Below, in pieces: positions 63,640-64,000 of a DNA stretch of 64,000 nucleotides. Position 1 is the first letter of the stretch; each line of letters starts with the position of its first letter. The position numbers and the translations under genes are program-made. The stretch is from Nitrospirales bacterium (GTDB lineage: Bacteria > Nitrospirota > Nitrospiria > Nitrospirales > UBA8639). Below the pieces are notes generated by a model, which did no database searches, was not told the DNA's origin, and saw nothing but the letters and a program-made list of their open reading frames with translations. The stretch is from the NCBI GenBank assembly GCA_965203295.1, contig CBDBCZ010000016.1, positions 1,312,001-1,376,000 of the forward strand. The letters run 5' to 3'.

Positions 63640-64000
63640 TCACTTCGATCCATTCTGAAGGACACTAATCAACTATAATTGTGGTGTGTGTGTGTGTATT
63701 AAATTTTGTAATAATTAAATCGATTAATTCAGACAACAGATTGATTCAAAGCATGCCTACAATGATTATATATATGTTACGGATGAGTTTACCCTGGCAA
63801 CATTCACGCTCCCCAAGTGTAGCAGCAGCTGCAGCCCATTCAACCAAATCTTGAAGTCTTCAGAGGACAGGGCAACCACATCAAGGACCCTACAGAGTTC
63901 GAGTATATAGTCATGTAGTTTGTATCAATTGCTGCTGCATATATACGTATACCTTGAAGTGGTAAAGATGGTGAAAGAGAACTTGTGTTTGTTGAGAGGA
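63640..64000 (-). CDS. 3' exons of a gene ending in a PH domain (continues beyond the window)
   Basis: Exons 63953-64000, 63793-63889 and 63640-63654 splice to ..KFSFTIFTTSRVLDVVALSSEDFKIWLNGLQLLLHLGSVNVARNGSK*, which fits the PH beta6-beta7-helix pattern with the conserved Trp. Confidence 0.65.

Overview
Intron-rich animal genomic DNA. The gene families and repeats point to a demosponge, which is an inference. Spliced genes reconstructed by hand: TUBGCP4 (-, 16 exons) head-to-head with ALG8 (+, 13 exons); an OST3/6-family gene TUSC3/MAGT1 (-, 11 exons); UCHL3-like (-, 9 exons) head-to-head with a 3-exon PAM17 homolog (+); and the 3' end of a PH-domain gene (-). Introns host several nested genes: an intronless kinase-coiled-coil-Kelch gene, an intronless death-effector-domain gene, a small secreted Cys-rich protein gene and an intron-containing tRNA-Tyr. 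An intronless Cys-rich multi-TM receptor-like gene lies between two copies of the TUBGCP4 3' end. Mobile DNA includes a decayed RLE-type non-LTR retrotransposon inside a (GA)n tract, an AcademH-like element with a RecQ-like fragment plus mini-derivatives, TA-flanked MITEs, a tRNA-like repeat family and several minisatellites. Two introns look U12-type. The most notable observation is the Pam17 homolog, a TIM23 motor subunit known from fungi and lacking in humans.
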